Under the pieces are notes generated by a model that worked only from the letters and a program-made list of their open reading frames with translations, was not told the DNA's origin and did not search any database. DNA of 64,000 nt from NCBI GenBank assembly GCA_030753015.1, contig JASMDC010000001.1:64001-128000 (forward strand). The letters are read 5' to 3'. The DNA is from Candidatus Undinarchaeales archaeon (lineage in GTDB: Archaea > SpSt-1190 > JASMDC01). This document shows positions 17,332-27,586 of the stretch, piece after piece; position 1 is the stretch's first letter, and each line of letters opens with the position of its first letter. Both the position numbers and the translations under genes were made by a program.

Positions 17332-18465
17332 TTATTCGATCCTCTCGGTGAACACAACGCCACGCTTCGTGAGCTCGGCAAGTACGAGCTGGAAGAGCTC
17401 GTGGTCGCGTCCGAGGAACTCGGGCGGGAACACTCCCTTATCGGTGACGCGGCCGGCAAGGACCTGGCGAGCCACAATGGCCGCCGGGAAGCCCGTTGTC
17501 CGTGACATCGATGAGAACCCCGTGTCCTCATCGTACCGGTCCATCAGGTCGTAAGTATATGTCACCTGCTTGTCGTTCTTGAGACCCGCGACCTCGACAC
17601 GCATCACCGTGAACTCGCGGTCCTCGGGCCCGAGCTTCCACATTGGGAATAGGAGGCGCGTTGTGAGGTCGAGCGGTTTGACCTGCGTCCCGTTCTTGAG
17701 CTCGATCTTCTCCTGGGAGAAGAAACCGGTCTCCCGCAGCACACGCATGAGCTCGATGTGTCCGGGGTAACGCATTGTCTTCTCCTTCATGTTCGGTGCG
17801 TCGATCGTGGTGATGAGTGAGCGCAGGCCATCGGTGTTGAACGCCTCGAGCGTTCCGATGTCGGGGAAGTCCACCAGCTCGGGCTCAGAGAGCGCCGGGA
17901 GGACGACCACCTTGCCGTCGCGAACGAGCCGCGCAGGGCGTGTGTACTCCTCGAGCACGTCGATCGGAGAGAAGGGCGCCTTGTATTCGTAGGGCCAGCT
18001 GCGCTCCTTGGGGAGGCCGCCGACCATGATTGTGAGGTCGGTCGTCTTGTCAAGGATGGAGTCGACGTACCCCGGGATCATATTGCTCATCCCGGGCGCC
18101 ACACCACAGTCCACCACCGCGGTGACACCGTGCTCCTTGGCCAGCCCGTCCAGTGCCATGGCGTCCTCGGGCATGAACGAGATGTCCACGATGTTCTTGC
18201 CAGCGCGGATGACCGTCTCGAGGTTCTTGAAACCCAGGAAACCGGGCAATGAGCCGATGACGAGGTCGTACCCCTGGATGAGCTGTGTGATGGTGTCCGC
18301 GTCCGAGAGGTCGGCCTGGACGAACTCTATACCATGTGGTGTGAGCTGTTCCTTTAGAGCGGGATTGAGGTCCGCCACGGTAACGTCGATGTCCTTGTCC
18401 GCGGCGAGGTCACGGGCCATGACCTGGCCAACGAGCCCGCCACCGAGCACGATAATTTTTATCAT
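17332..18465 (-). CDS. Saccharopine dehydrogenase-like / lysine 6-dehydrogenase
   Basis: GGGLVG Rossmann motif, DCGVAPGMSN, EAFNTDGLRSL, KTMRYPGH, MSRTTG. Confidence 0.9.
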   Translation of the reverse strand: MIKIIVLGGGLVGQVMARDLAADKDIDVTVADLNPALKEQLTPHGIEFVQADLSDADTITQLIQGYDLVIGSLPGFLGFKNLETVIRAGKNIVDISFMPEDAMALDGLAKEHGVTAVVDCGVAPGMSNMIPGYVDSILDKTTDLTIMVGGLPKERSWPYEYKAPFSPIDVLEEYTRPARLVRDGKVVVLPALSEPELVDFPDIGTLEAFNTDGLRSLITTIDAPNMKEKTMRYPGHIELMRVLRETGFFSQEKIELKNGTQVKPLDLTTRLLFPMWKLGPEDREFTVMRVEVAGLKNDKQVTYTYDLMDRYDEDTGFSSMSRTTGFPAAIVARQVLAGRVTDKGVFPPEFLGRDHELFQLVLAELTKRGVVFTERIE

Positions 18466-18520
18466 GATACTGCCCGGGCTGGTGGGGAGAACATTAAAGT
18501 CTTTCGTGGAGGGCGCGTCC

Positions 18521-19408
18521 CTAGATCGGGTTTACCACCGCGTCCTTCCGACTGGCGGCCTTCTCGGAGGCCTTCAGCTTGTCGTCGAGCTTCTTGATGG
18601 CCTTCTCGCCGTGCTCCCAGAACTCGTAGGCGTGCTCGAATAGGTCGGTGAGCGCCTGGGCGAAGAAGGAGGACCGCAGCCAGATGCCCGTGTCGTAGGA
18701 GGGGTGCACGGCGTTCTCTGGCACCACCATGAACATGACCTCATCGTTATCGATCACGTAGATACGGGCGTGGATATCCTCTGAGTGGCGTACCTTCGCA
18801 ATGGTCAGGAGGAGCTTGGCGTCCGTCCTGTTTGTCTCGTTGAGGTGGGCGGCCATCTTGATGATGGCACCGTTCTTGCTTGCCTTCTTCAAGGCTTCGA
18901 TATGCTCCTGAGCCAGATAGGTGATGCCGTCGGAGGTCGTGAGGATGATGATGGAGGTCTTGGCGTCCCGGATCATCAGGTCGAGATGGTCACGCATGTT
19001 GGTCTGTCCGCGTACGGCGCCCGATTCCTCGGGGGGTGCGATGAACTCGGACCCTTGGGAGTAGAGGTTCTTGAGCTTGCCCAGAACGTTGCTCTTCTCG
19101 ATGCGCTCGACCTCATCGAGGTGCTTAACGCGCTCGGTCTCGGTGTAGTCCTTGACGGCCGTGATGATGTCCTTGGGCGGCACGACAACGTACTTTATGG
19201 GCTTGCCCGGTTTCTGTGAGATGAACTTCTTTGACTCGAGGCTCTCGAGCACGTCGTAGGTGCGGGAGCGCGGGACGTTGGAAATGTCCGCAAGCTCTCC
19301 GGCAGTAGCACTCCCTTTCGACAGAAGGGCGAGCCATACCTTCGTCTCGTAGAGGTTGAGGCCGAACCGGCGGCGAATCTCACTGACAAGCTCTTGGTCG
19401 TGGATCAT
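18521..19408 (-). CDS. TrmB family transcriptional regulator
   Basis: FGLNLYETKVWLALL...SNVPRSRTYDVLESLESK and a PLD-like C-terminal domain (HARIYVID). Confidence 0.92.
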   Translation of the reverse strand: MIHDQELVSEIRRRFGLNLYETKVWLALLSKGSATAGELADISNVPRSRTYDVLESLESKKFISQKPGKPIKYVVVPPKDIITAVKDYTETERVKHLDEVERIEKSNVLGKLKNLYSQGSEFIAPPEESGAVRGQTNMRDHLDLMIRDAKTSIIILTTSDGITYLAQEHIEALKKASKNGAIIKMAAHLNETNRTDAKLLLTIAKVRHSEDIHARIYVIDNDEVMFMVVPENAVHPSYDTGIWLRSSFFAQALTDLFEHAYEFWEHGEKAIKKLDDKLKASEKAASRKDAVVNPI

Positions 19409-19451
19409 TAATGGACACCGCAGACGACGACGCGGCTATGTTTTTTAAATG

Positions 19452-20483
19452 CTATGCTTCGGCAGCGTTCCCGATTCGCTCTCGCCATGCGGCTGCGCGG
19501 CGCTCGTCACCGTACGCCGCATAGAGCTCGGCCAGTCGCTGTACAACCTCCGCGTCGTCCGGTCGCAGCCGTGCCGTCGCCTCGTGGAGCATGATGTCCC
19601 TATAGAGTCGTTCCCTTGAGAAGCAGCGTCGGGCCCGGGCGGTCTCGCCACGTCCTTCAAGGAGCATACCCGCTGTAGCCCAGGCGTCAGGGACGTTCTC
19701 TGGAGCGAGCATACCACACGCTTCCTCATGGAGGATAGCGAGGTCAGGCCGTCCAGTTGCCTCGAGCACCAGGGCCATGCCCCGGTTGGCCTTCTCGTGG
19801 TCCCGATCGAGCTTCAATGCGCGACGCAGGTGCTCTTCTGCAGAGGAGGGCTTGGTCTGACGGAAGGCCACTATCCCAAGGCCGGCCCAGCCCAGTACGC
19901 TCTTCGGATCGCGTTCAACGAGCTCGCGGTACACGACCTCCGCTTCGTCGAACGCCTCCCGTGCGATGAGTGCCTCCCCCAGCCGCTCGGCCGCCTCGGG
20001 CCGTCCCAGCTCAAGGGACAGGACGCGTCGAAAGCATTTCTCGGCTCCTTCTCCAGTACCGCCGAGGGCCACCCCGAGATCGATCCAGATATCAGGATTG
20101 TCAGGAGCTACAAGGGTCAGGGACTCGAGGGTCCGGACCCACAGGGCCCGATGGTCGTCCCTTCCCTTCTCGAAAACAAGACGTTCGAGAGCGGTGGCGA
20201 GGTTCAGGAGCGTCTCGGGTCGTGTTGCGTCCACCTCGAGCGCTTCGGAGAAAGCACGGACCGCATCCTCGAAACGACCTGCCCGCACAAGACATGAGCC
20301 GAGGTTGTTGAGCGCCGTTGGATCATCTGGGTCCCGGGACAGGACATCTTTGAACCGCTCGATGGCCACACCGACGCGGCCTTCCTCGAAAGCATCCTTT
20401 CCCTGACGGAGCAGTTCCTCTATGTCCGTCGTGGATTCGCCCATGGTGGGTGTGATGGCGGCCATCCTATAAGAATAACTCAC
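19452..20483 (-). CDS. Tetratricopeptide repeat protein
   Basis: Multiple TPR units (ALNNLGSCL...AVRAFSEAL). Start uncertain. Confidence 0.85.
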   Translation of the reverse strand: MSYSYRMAAITPTMGESTTDIEELLRQGKDAFEEGRVGVAIERFKDVLSRDPDDPTALNNLGSCLVRAGRFEDAVRAFSEALEVDATRPETLLNLATALERLVFEKGRDDHRALWVRTLESLTLVAPDNPDIWIDLGVALGGTGEGAEKCFRRVLSLELGRPEAAERLGEALIAREAFDEAEVVYRELVERDPKSVLGWAGLGIVAFRQTKPSSAEEHLRRALKLDRDHEKANRGMALVLEATGRPDLAILHEEACGMLAPENVPDAWATAGMLLEGRGETARARRCFSRERLYRDIMLHEATARLRPDDAEVVQRLAELYAAYGDERRAAAWRERIGNAAEA

Positions 20484-21395
20484 CTAGACGAGGGCGAGCA
20501 CGATCGGGATGGTCAGGGTTGAGAGCATTGTGGTGAAGAACACCGCGCGGGCCCCCACCTCGGCATCCAGCCCGAGCCGTTCGATGAGGATGACGTTCAC
20601 CGTGGCACTGGCGCTGCCGAACTCCACGGCGACACAGGTACGCCACGCGAGAGGGAGGTCCACCAGACGGGACACTGTGACTCCTAGGATCCCGCCGACG
20701 ACCAGACGCAGCCCGACTACTAATGCCGTAACTCTGTCCATCTTGAAACCATCAGAATCCGGCCGAAGACTTGCGCCCACGACGAACAGGGCCAAGGGGC
20801 CCGTTACGGTATCCATGCGGGAGATTACGGGGAACGCGAGGCGTACGAGCATGTCCGGGGGAGAGCCCGGCATGAGAACGATAACCACCGCCAGTGCCAT
20901 GGCGGCCAGGAGGGGCCAGAACTGGGCGTACACCGTGCGGGGATCGAAGGTGTCCCGGTCCATGAACAGCGGCGTCAGGAGCAGGAACGTGAGGAAGTAC
21001 GCTTGCGAGTAGAACACCGCGGCCAGTGCCCCCGCTTCCCCGGCAGCCGAACGGATGAAGGGGAGGGGGATGAAGATACCGTTGTGGTGTGCCACGAGGA
21101 ACACGAGCGTATCCCGGGAAGGGCCCGAGAGCCCGAACCAACGAGCGGTGGCCAACGTAAGCCCCATGAACACGATGTACTGGCCCACCGCAACCAGCCC
21201 GAGACGCCAGAGCGAGCGGGCCACGTCCCGCTCGAGCCCAGCGGCACCGGTGAGCACCGACGCGGGGATGAACACGAAGAACAGTACCAATAGCGCCCGC
21301 CGGACCAGCTCCTCCGAGAGAATCCCTTTCCTGCGAAGAAGATGGCCTGCGGCCACCAGCCCGAGGAACGTGGCGTATGTCTGGAGGGGGAGCAT
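20484..21395 (-). CDS. AEC (auxin efflux carrier) family transporter
   Basis: About 10 TM segments, NGIFIPLP, PLALFVVGASL, TTMLSTLTIP. Confidence 0.85.
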   Translation of the reverse strand: MLPLQTYATFLGLVAAGHLLRRKGILSEELVRRALLVLFFVFIPASVLTGAAGLERDVARSLWRLGLVAVGQYIVFMGLTLATARWFGLSGPSRDTLVFLVAHHNGIFIPLPFIRSAAGEAGALAAVFYSQAYFLTFLLLTPLFMDRDTFDPRTVYAQFWPLLAAMALAVVIVLMPGSPPDMLVRLAFPVISRMDTVTGPLALFVVGASLRPDSDGFKMDRVTALVVGLRLVVGGILGVTVSRLVDLPLAWRTCVAVEFGSASATVNVILIERLGLDAEVGARAVFFTTMLSTLTIPIVLALV

Positions 21396-21424
21396 GGTAG
21401 CAGCTCTCCGCAGCCCTATCCATG

Positions 21425-21435
21425 TTTTTATATAC
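21425..21435. promoter_or_regulatory. TATA box in a short divergent intergenic region
   Basis: TTTTTATATAC between the divergent starts 21395(-) and 21477(+). Confidence 0.6.
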
Positions 21436-21476
21436 TTTGGTCGCCCTTTTTCGAAGGGTACCCCCCGGTGAGTCCA

Positions 21477-24023
21477 ATGGCCCGTCATATCCCCACGCTC
21501 ATTCTGCTCGTAACGCTCCTGCTGTCCGCTCCCGCGGTAGCGGTGACGTACGCCGAGGTATGGAGCGTGGACGGTGACCTGTTCACTGTAGGTGACGCCG
21601 ATAATGACGGGAAGGACGAGATCGTCGTACTTCCGTGCGATGTGTACAGCTGTTCTGCTGCAGGATGCAAGCGGGATTACTCATGTGGCGCCTCCGCTTC
21701 GGACGTATGGTCGGTGGCAGTGGGCGATGGCGATGGCGACGGGAACAACGAGATCTATCTGGGGAAAACGGGTGGCTTCTCCGTATACCGGTGCGACAAC
21801 TCCCGGTGCGTCGAGGCAGGCCAGGGTGAGACCCTTTACAACGGCCGAGCGGTCGGGTTCGCTGCGGGCGATGTGAACAACGATGGCACCAATATCCTCA
21901 TGGTGGGCACCAATCCCGTCAAGGAATGCGGTGCCGGTCGCGTCACGGGTACGTGCACCGATGGCACGAAGAGCTGGGGTCTGCTCATCAGCTACACTTG
22001 CGACGCCGATGGGTGCGTGGACCAATGGTTCTACGAAATGAAGGGCACCGTCGACGACATCGATATCGTGGACGTGGACAATGACGGGAAGAACGAGGTC
22101 CTCGCCGCCCGCAACGTGCTCGCCTGCGATAACAACCGGTGCGACAAGACGAACGACGGGAGCTCCGTCGATCCCGAGGACATCCAGGATGGGGACTTCC
22201 TCGGTACCTACACGGCCGTCGGCGACCTGGACGGCGATGGGAAGAGCGAGCTGGTGACAAGAAGCGAGACCAACCTCTACGTCTACAGCTGTGACACCTC
22301 CTCGTGCGAGCGGATGAGCGTCGAGACACCGGCCTCGAGCGCGTTCGATGTCGGGACGCTCAACGAATCCCACCCCTCCCTGTTATCGGGCAACGCCACA
22401 GACAGCTCGCTCGTCGAGAGCATCATCGTCGACGGCAAGCTCTCATCGTCACCTCTGTACATATCCTCCGGAGGTGCGGGCGCGACCCAGCTGAAGGTCG
22501 TGCATTCCAACGGCGATCGCATGGTAGCGGTGCGTCTGGGTACAAAGGTACGCCTCTTCGCCGCCCGTCTGGATCTGGACGAATCGTGCGAGCGCGATAA
22601 CCAGTGTGGTTCCGGGATCTGCGCGGGGGGTGTGTGCAGCGATGGATCGTACGGTGCCGTTTGCGAGGCGGCCAACGACTGCGACTCGGGCAACTGCCTG
22701 AACGATATCTGCTGCGAGTCGGGCAAGGAATGCTGCCTTGAGGACAACCAGTGCTCCAAGGGCGTGTGCGACGTGGGCTCCTACGCGTGTCACGTCCGGG
22801 CCGAGGGCGATATCTGCACCCAGGACGCCGAGTGCGACACCGTCACGTGCACGAACGGCGTGTGCTGTACTGTCGGGAAGGCATGCTGTACGAAGGACGA
22901 CCAGTGCGCGGAGGGTGAGGTGTGCTGCGCTGCCGGCGAGTGCAAGCCCATCTACGATGTGGTCAAGATATATCCCCCTAACAGTACTGCCGTAGCACCC
23001 GGCACCGAGATCTTCGTGACCGGCGACAGCGGGGGACCGCCCCGCGAGGGCGCGGTGTGCTACACCGCAGCCCTGGAGCCGGGTCAGACCTATCAGCTTG
23101 CCTGGAGCTTCCCGGAGGGCTTGGGGATTACCGCGGAAGACTCCAGCATCTCCCGACTGAAGGGGCCGGACGCTGCCGTTATCAACCTCGACTGGAAGGT
23201 TGTGGGCGATGGCGAGCTCACAGCCGACTTTACCGTGCTGGAAGCGGGTGACTGGGATCTGGTCATGAGCGCCCTGGGTAACGGAGTTGGGTACAAGTAC
23301 ACGTTCTCGGCCACCGAAGCAACGACCGGGCTCGTACCGACGCCCGAGGCTGTCGTGCAGGAGACCACCCCCGAGCCCGAAGCGGCCGCGACCGAGGCCA
23401 CACCCGAGCCCACGGCGGACGCACGCGTGGAGAATCCGCCTGCCGTTACCCCGGCTCCCGAGGCCATCGCCGCCGCTCCGCCCGCCGCGACTCCGACACC
23501 CGCACCGGCTACGCCTGCACAATCCCCGCCCGCGACAGGGATCACTTCTGCCTTGGGCGACACCACGACCCTTCTGGTGGCAGGATGTCTTCTGCTCGCG
23601 CTCCTGTTTACCTACCTCAAGCGGGCTCCTATCGCTCGTGCCGTGGATGGTAGTGTTATGGGCATCACAGTGGCCGACGCGGAGAATCCCGCAGGGTTCG
23701 ATTCGCTGAAGCTCTCTGTGTACCGCACATACACCACGAGCATCCGGCCTTCCATCAGCCACTTCCTGGAAGGGGCCGCGGCCACGACCGATGCAGATGT
23801 GGTTCCGGCCGCAGCCTCTGCTGGAGCCGCAGTGCCCGCCACCCTCCAGGACTCGGGTAGTCCCTACTCGCGCCAGGCCGTGTCACAGGCGGTCCGGTAC
23901 GAGACCATCGACCGCAAGGAACTGATGGAGAAGCTCAAGACACTCAAGGAGCTCCTGGACAACGGCCTTATCACGCCGGATGACTACAACCGCAAGAAGG
24001 AAGAGTACCTGGCCAGGTTCTAG
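21477..24023 (+). CDS. Single-pass surface protein: FG-GAP repeats, Cys-rich region, Pro/Thr/Ala stalk, TM, C-terminal SHOCT domain
   Basis: Signal peptide, several GDxDxDGxxE loops, CxxxxxCxSGxC repeats, TM LLVAGCLLLALLF, SHOCT LKTLKELLDNGLITPDDYNRKKEEYL. Confidence 0.85.
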   Translation: MARHIPTLILLVTLLLSAPAVAVTYAEVWSVDGDLFTVGDADNDGKDEIVVLPCDVYSCSAAGCKRDYSCGASASDVWSVAVGDGDGDGNNEIYLGKTGGFSVYRCDNSRCVEAGQGETLYNGRAVGFAAGDVNNDGTNILMVGTNPVKECGAGRVTGTCTDGTKSWGLLISYTCDADGCVDQWFYEMKGTVDDIDIVDVDNDGKNEVLAARNVLACDNNRCDKTNDGSSVDPEDIQDGDFLGTYTAVGDLDGDGKSELVTRSETNLYVYSCDTSSCERMSVETPASSAFDVGTLNESHPSLLSGNATDSSLVESIIVDGKLSSSPLYISSGGAGATQLKVVHSNGDRMVAVRLGTKVRLFAARLDLDESCERDNQCGSGICAGGVCSDGSYGAVCEAANDCDSGNCLNDICCESGKECCLEDNQCSKGVCDVGSYACHVRAEGDICTQDAECDTVTCTNGVCCTVGKACCTKDDQCAEGEVCCAAGECKPIYDVVKIYPPNSTAVAPGTEIFVTGDSGGPPREGAVCYTAALEPGQTYQLAWSFPEGLGITAEDSSISRLKGPDAAVINLDWKVVGDGELTADFTVLEAGDWDLVMSALGNGVGYKYTFSATEATTGLVPTPEAVVQETTPEPEAAATEATPEPTADARVENPPAVTPAPEAIAAAPPAATPTPAPATPAQSPPATGITSALGDTTTLLVAGCLLLALLFTYLKRAPIARAVDGSVMGITVADAENPAGFDSLKLSVYRTYTTSIRPSISHFLEGAAATTDADVVPAAASAGAAVPATLQDSGSPYSRQAVSQAVRYETIDRKELMEKLKTLKELLDNGLITPDDYNRKKEEYLARF

Positions 24024-24080
24024 TCGCTCTGTTCGCAGCCATACGAACAGGCCACGAGCATCAGATGGGGTGGGCGGGCC

Positions 24081-24530
24081 CTAAGGTTGATCTCTTTCGA
24101 TGCCGACGACTTCTTCGCCAGCTCGAAGGTATTCCTCGATCCGCTCAGCAACATCGTCGATGAGATATCGCCTGGTGAACGAGAACGCCTCGACAGGGCT
24201 TACGCCCTCAGTGAAACGGTACCGGTTCTTCGACCGCTCGACCAGATGAAGGGCCGCCAGCCGTCTGAGGTGGCGACGCAGGTTCGAGGCGGCCAGACCT
24301 TCGGTCACACCCATGGTCTTCAGCTCGTTCACGAGCTCCTCCAATGTGGATTGTTCCCCCCTGGCATGGGTCCGGAACAGGGCATGGAGGACATCCACGA
24401 TGGTGTCACGCCGGTCGTTGGGCTGGAGAACGCCGAGGGAGAGGCAGATGCGGCGGAAGAGCTCCCGTTCCTGAGTAGACCGGGGGCGCTCGTACTTGCG
24501 TAGTGTGATCTCCTTGAGGGGCGCGGCCAT
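24081..24530 (-). CDS. Winged-helix HTH domain protein
   Basis: ITLRKYERP...LSLG...ASNLRRHLRRLAALHLVE. Start ATG 24530. Confidence 0.75.
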   Translation of the reverse strand: MAAPLKEITLRKYERPRSTQERELFRRICLSLGVLQPNDRRDTIVDVLHALFRTHARGEQSTLEELVNELKTMGVTEGLAASNLRRHLRRLAALHLVERSKNRYRFTEGVSPVEAFSFTRRYLIDDVAERIEEYLRAGEEVVGIERDQP

Positions 24531-24594
24531 ACCGGTGATAAGATGCGCTTGAGAATTAAAACCTGTCGGAATGGGCGAGATGATATAGTCGCTC

Positions 24595-25767
24595 TCAGTA
24601 CAGGAACACTTTAAGCAGCGACGGGCGACGTGCGAAGAGCCGAGCAGCTCGGGTGAAACCCTTGCCCGCGAGGAAGTCCACGACGTCCTTGGGAGTGATC
24701 TTGGTGATGAGGTAGTCGAGGTCCTCGTCGGAGAGCGAGTGGACCGCGCGTCTGGCACGAACGAGGCTATTCTGGAAGGCGCCGTACCCCTTGCTCCACC
24801 GCTCTTCGTACTCCTTGAGGGACTTCTTTGATGTGTCACCACGACCTATGGCCTTGGCAGCGGTCTCGCCGGCGAACCTCCCGGCTTCCATGGCCTCACA
24901 GATACCTCCGGCATGGATGGGATTGACCTGGCGGGCCGCATCACCGGCGACCATGATACCATCGGCCACAAAGTGACTGATCGACTCACCTACAGGGATG
25001 GTCCCAGCGTTCACCTCAAGGACACTCCCTTGGGCCAGCCCTGGTTCAGAGGCTATGAACCGCTTGAGGTAAGTGATAGAATTCTCCTCGTCAGAACCGA
25101 GGACCGTGACACCTACATTGGCAACATCATCGCCCTTCGGGAATACCCATGCATAACCGCCACCAGCGGTCCTCCGGCCGGTCCAGCAGGTGACCATGGT
25201 GGGATCGGGGATGTCGATACCTGCCATTTCGAACTGGACACCGGAGCTCAGATTCTTTGGCTGGACTGGTTCGGTAAGTCCCAGCGACCGGGCCATGGTG
25301 GCGTCCACACCGCCACAGCAGATGACGATGGCCGCCTCCTCCTCCCAAGTCCGGCCCGCGGAAGAGAGGGTGACTCGTGTAGTATCTCCGTCTCGCACCA
25401 CCGACTCTGCGCGAGTCCAGGCCTGGACATTCGCGCCATCGCGCACGGCGAGGGTGGCCAAGTATTTATCGAACAACTTCCGCTCCACAACCACACCGAC
25501 CACGTGGTCCTCCCGGGCAGATACCCTGCGGCCATTGGGCGCAACGAATGTGAGGCCATGGATGCGTTGAGCGATCCACCGCTCATCCTCGGGTACCATG
25601 TCACGCTTCAAGACCTCGAGCACCACTCCTTCGGCACACCGTTTGGGAGCGCCAATCTCCTGGCGCTGGTCCACAGCGAGCACATCAAGGCCTTCGCGGG
25701 CAGCAAATCGTGCAGCGTTCGCCCCTGCGGGGCCTACACCGATAACGATGACGTCAGGCACGTACAA
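24595..25767 (-). CDS. Digeranylgeranylglycerophospholipid (geranylgeranyl) reductase
   Basis: GVGPAG FAD motif, GAPKRCAEG, GGYAWVFPKG, GDAARQVNPIHAGGI. Confidence 0.92.
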   Translation of the reverse strand: MYVPDVIVIGVGPAGANAARFAAREGLDVLAVDQRQEIGAPKRCAEGVVLEVLKRDMVPEDERWIAQRIHGLTFVAPNGRRVSAREDHVVGVVVERKLFDKYLATLAVRDGANVQAWTRAESVVRDGDTTRVTLSSAGRTWEEEAAIVICCGGVDATMARSLGLTEPVQPKNLSSGVQFEMAGIDIPDPTMVTCWTGRRTAGGGYAWVFPKGDDVANVGVTVLGSDEENSITYLKRFIASEPGLAQGSVLEVNAGTIPVGESISHFVADGIMVAGDAARQVNPIHAGGICEAMEAGRFAGETAAKAIGRGDTSKKSLKEYEERWSKGYGAFQNSLVRARRAVHSLSDEDLDYLITKITPKDVVDFLAGKGFTRAARLFARRPSLLKVFLY

Positions 25768-25768
25768 T

Positions 25769-25942
25769 TCACTCCAGAGATATAGCGCCCGTGGGACATA
25801 CCGCTACGCACGCCCCACAGGAGACACATTCCTTATCGTCGATGATGATGATAGGATCATGGAACACGCTCGCGTCCACGGGACATGTCACGATACAGCC
25901 GCCGCAATGCAGGCATAGGTCCTCGTTCACGACAGCGACCAC
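25769..25942 (-). CDS. 2x[4Fe-4S] ferredoxin (probable GGR partner), absent from ORF track
   Basis: MVAVVNEDLCLHCGGCIVTCP...ECVSCGACVAVCPTGAISLE, 57 aa, GGTGA SD upstream. Confidence 0.92.
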   Translation of the reverse strand: MVAVVNEDLCLHCGGCIVTCPVDASVFHDPIIIIDDKECVSCGACVAVCPTGAISLE

Positions 25943-25954
25943 GACTCTATCACC

Positions 25955-27274
25955 TTATGGTACGAGACGGGATCGGTCACGGGGGAAGAGCACGGTCTCC
26001 CGGATGTTCTTGACGTCCAGGATGATCTGGACCACGCGCTCGATTCCCAGACCCAGGCCACCGTGGGGGGGCATCCCGAACCGGAAAGCGTCCAAGTAGA
26101 ATGTGAAGTCGCTCGTGTCCAGACCCTGTTCCTTCATCCGATTGATAAGAACGTCGTGCCGGTGCTCGCGCTGGCCGCCCGAGGTGATCTCCATCCCGCT
26201 GAACTCCAGGTCGAAAGCGCGGCATACTTCGGGACGCTCGTCGTTGACCATGATATAGAAGGGCTTGATACGCGAGGGGTATTCTGTGATGAAGTAGAGG
26301 TCATGGCCCTTCTCGGCCATGATCTTGCCGAGGACCTTCTCTGCCTCGGTCGAGAGGTCCTCGCCCCATTCGACCTCTGTCTCACTGGATGCGTTGATGA
26401 GCTCGACAGCTTCAGAGTAGGTCACCCGGGGGAAGGGTATACTGACCTCAGGTAGCTCCACACCCATCTCTTCGAGCTGGAGGGAGCAGGAGGTCCTGAC
26501 ATGCTCGAGCGCATGGGCGAGCACTCGTTCGAGCATTCCCATGACGTCCTCCTCGCTCTCGATGAAGGCCATCTCCATGTCGATCGAGATGAACTCGGAC
26601 AGGTGACGGATGGTATCCGATTTTTCAGCCCGCCAGGCCGGGGCGATCTCCAGGATCCGGTCGAGCCCGGATCCCATGAGCATCTGCTTGTAGAGTTGCG
26701 GTGACTGGGCAAGGTAGGCCTCCCGATCGAAGTAGGCGATCGGGAAGAGCGTGGAGCCTCCTTCAGCACCGGCTGCAACGATCTTGGGGGTGTGCACTTC
26801 CACGAATCCCTCATCGTCACACTTCCGGCGGAACTCCGCGAGCAAGGCGTCCTTGATAATGAACACACGGGTGACGTTCTGCCGACGAAGGTCGACGACT
26901 CGGTTGTCCAGACGCGTGTCCAGCTCGGCGTGGACCTTTCCCGTCACGTCAAGGGGGAGGGGAGTATCGGCGGGATTGAGCACCGTGACCGTTTCCGGAA
27001 TGATCTCCACGCCATGGGGGGCCTGGTTGTTCTTTTTGACCTGCCCCGAAACCGATACGACCGACTCCTTTGAGAGTGATGCGATCGTGGCGAAGAGCTC
27101 AGGCTCAAGCTTCTTCTTGATAGCGGTGACCTGGATAATCCCGGTCTTGTCCCTCAGGAGAAGGAACCTGATCCCGCCCAGATTTCTCTTACTGTGCACC
27201 CAGCCAGCTACGTTCACTGCCTTGCCGTCGAGGGCCTCGGTCAGCTCACAGGTCCACTTTGTTCTCAATACCAT
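25955..27274 (-). CDS. aspS: Aspartate--tRNA(Asp/Asn) ligase, probably non-discriminating
   Basis: AGWVH, LAQSPQLYKQ, WRAEKS, GMPPHGG, FPRD. His and Pro occupy the anticodon-domain positions typical of ND-AspRS. Confidence 0.95.
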   Translation of the reverse strand: MVLRTKWTCELTEALDGKAVNVAGWVHSKRNLGGIRFLLLRDKTGIIQVTAIKKKLEPELFATIASLSKESVVSVSGQVKKNNQAPHGVEIIPETVTVLNPADTPLPLDVTGKVHAELDTRLDNRVVDLRRQNVTRVFIIKDALLAEFRRKCDDEGFVEVHTPKIVAAGAEGGSTLFPIAYFDREAYLAQSPQLYKQMLMGSGLDRILEIAPAWRAEKSDTIRHLSEFISIDMEMAFIESEEDVMGMLERVLAHALEHVRTSCSLQLEEMGVELPEVSIPFPRVTYSEAVELINASSETEVEWGEDLSTEAEKVLGKIMAEKGHDLYFITEYPSRIKPFYIMVNDERPEVCRAFDLEFSGMEITSGGQREHRHDVLINRMKEQGLDTSDFTFYLDAFRFGMPPHGGLGLGIERVVQIILDVKNIRETVLFPRDRSRLVP

Positions 27275-27296
27275 GATGCTACACGTCCGTTGGATC

Positions 27297-27533
27297 TCAC
27301 AAGTACATGTTGTGGAAGAGCGTCCACACCACTCCCCAGACGAAGGCGAACGATGCCACCCACCCACCGGCCCCCTTGGTCGGTACGAGGCGCTTGGCGG
27401 CGAGCACTACGGCCGCAAGCAGAGGAAGTACCACGACATAAGCCATGATCTGTTCTTCCTGCTGGGACGAGAGGTATCCCGCAATCATCGCAAGCGCCAC
27501 GGTGAAGAGCGTGACAACCGTGTTCGTCGTCAT
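27297..27533 (-). CDS. Small 3-TM membrane protein, archaeal EMC6-like
   Basis: 78 aa, three hydrophobic helices, C-terminal WGVVWTLFHN pattern. Confidence 0.6.
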   Translation of the reverse strand: MTTNTVVTLFTVALAMIAGYLSSQQEEQIMAYVVVLPLLAAVVLAAKRLVPTKGAGGWVASFAFVWGVVWTLFHNMYL

Positions 27534-27586
27534 CGCTGGGTTCCGGACCGACAAGAGTTTTAATTCTTTCCACCACATCGCGGCCA

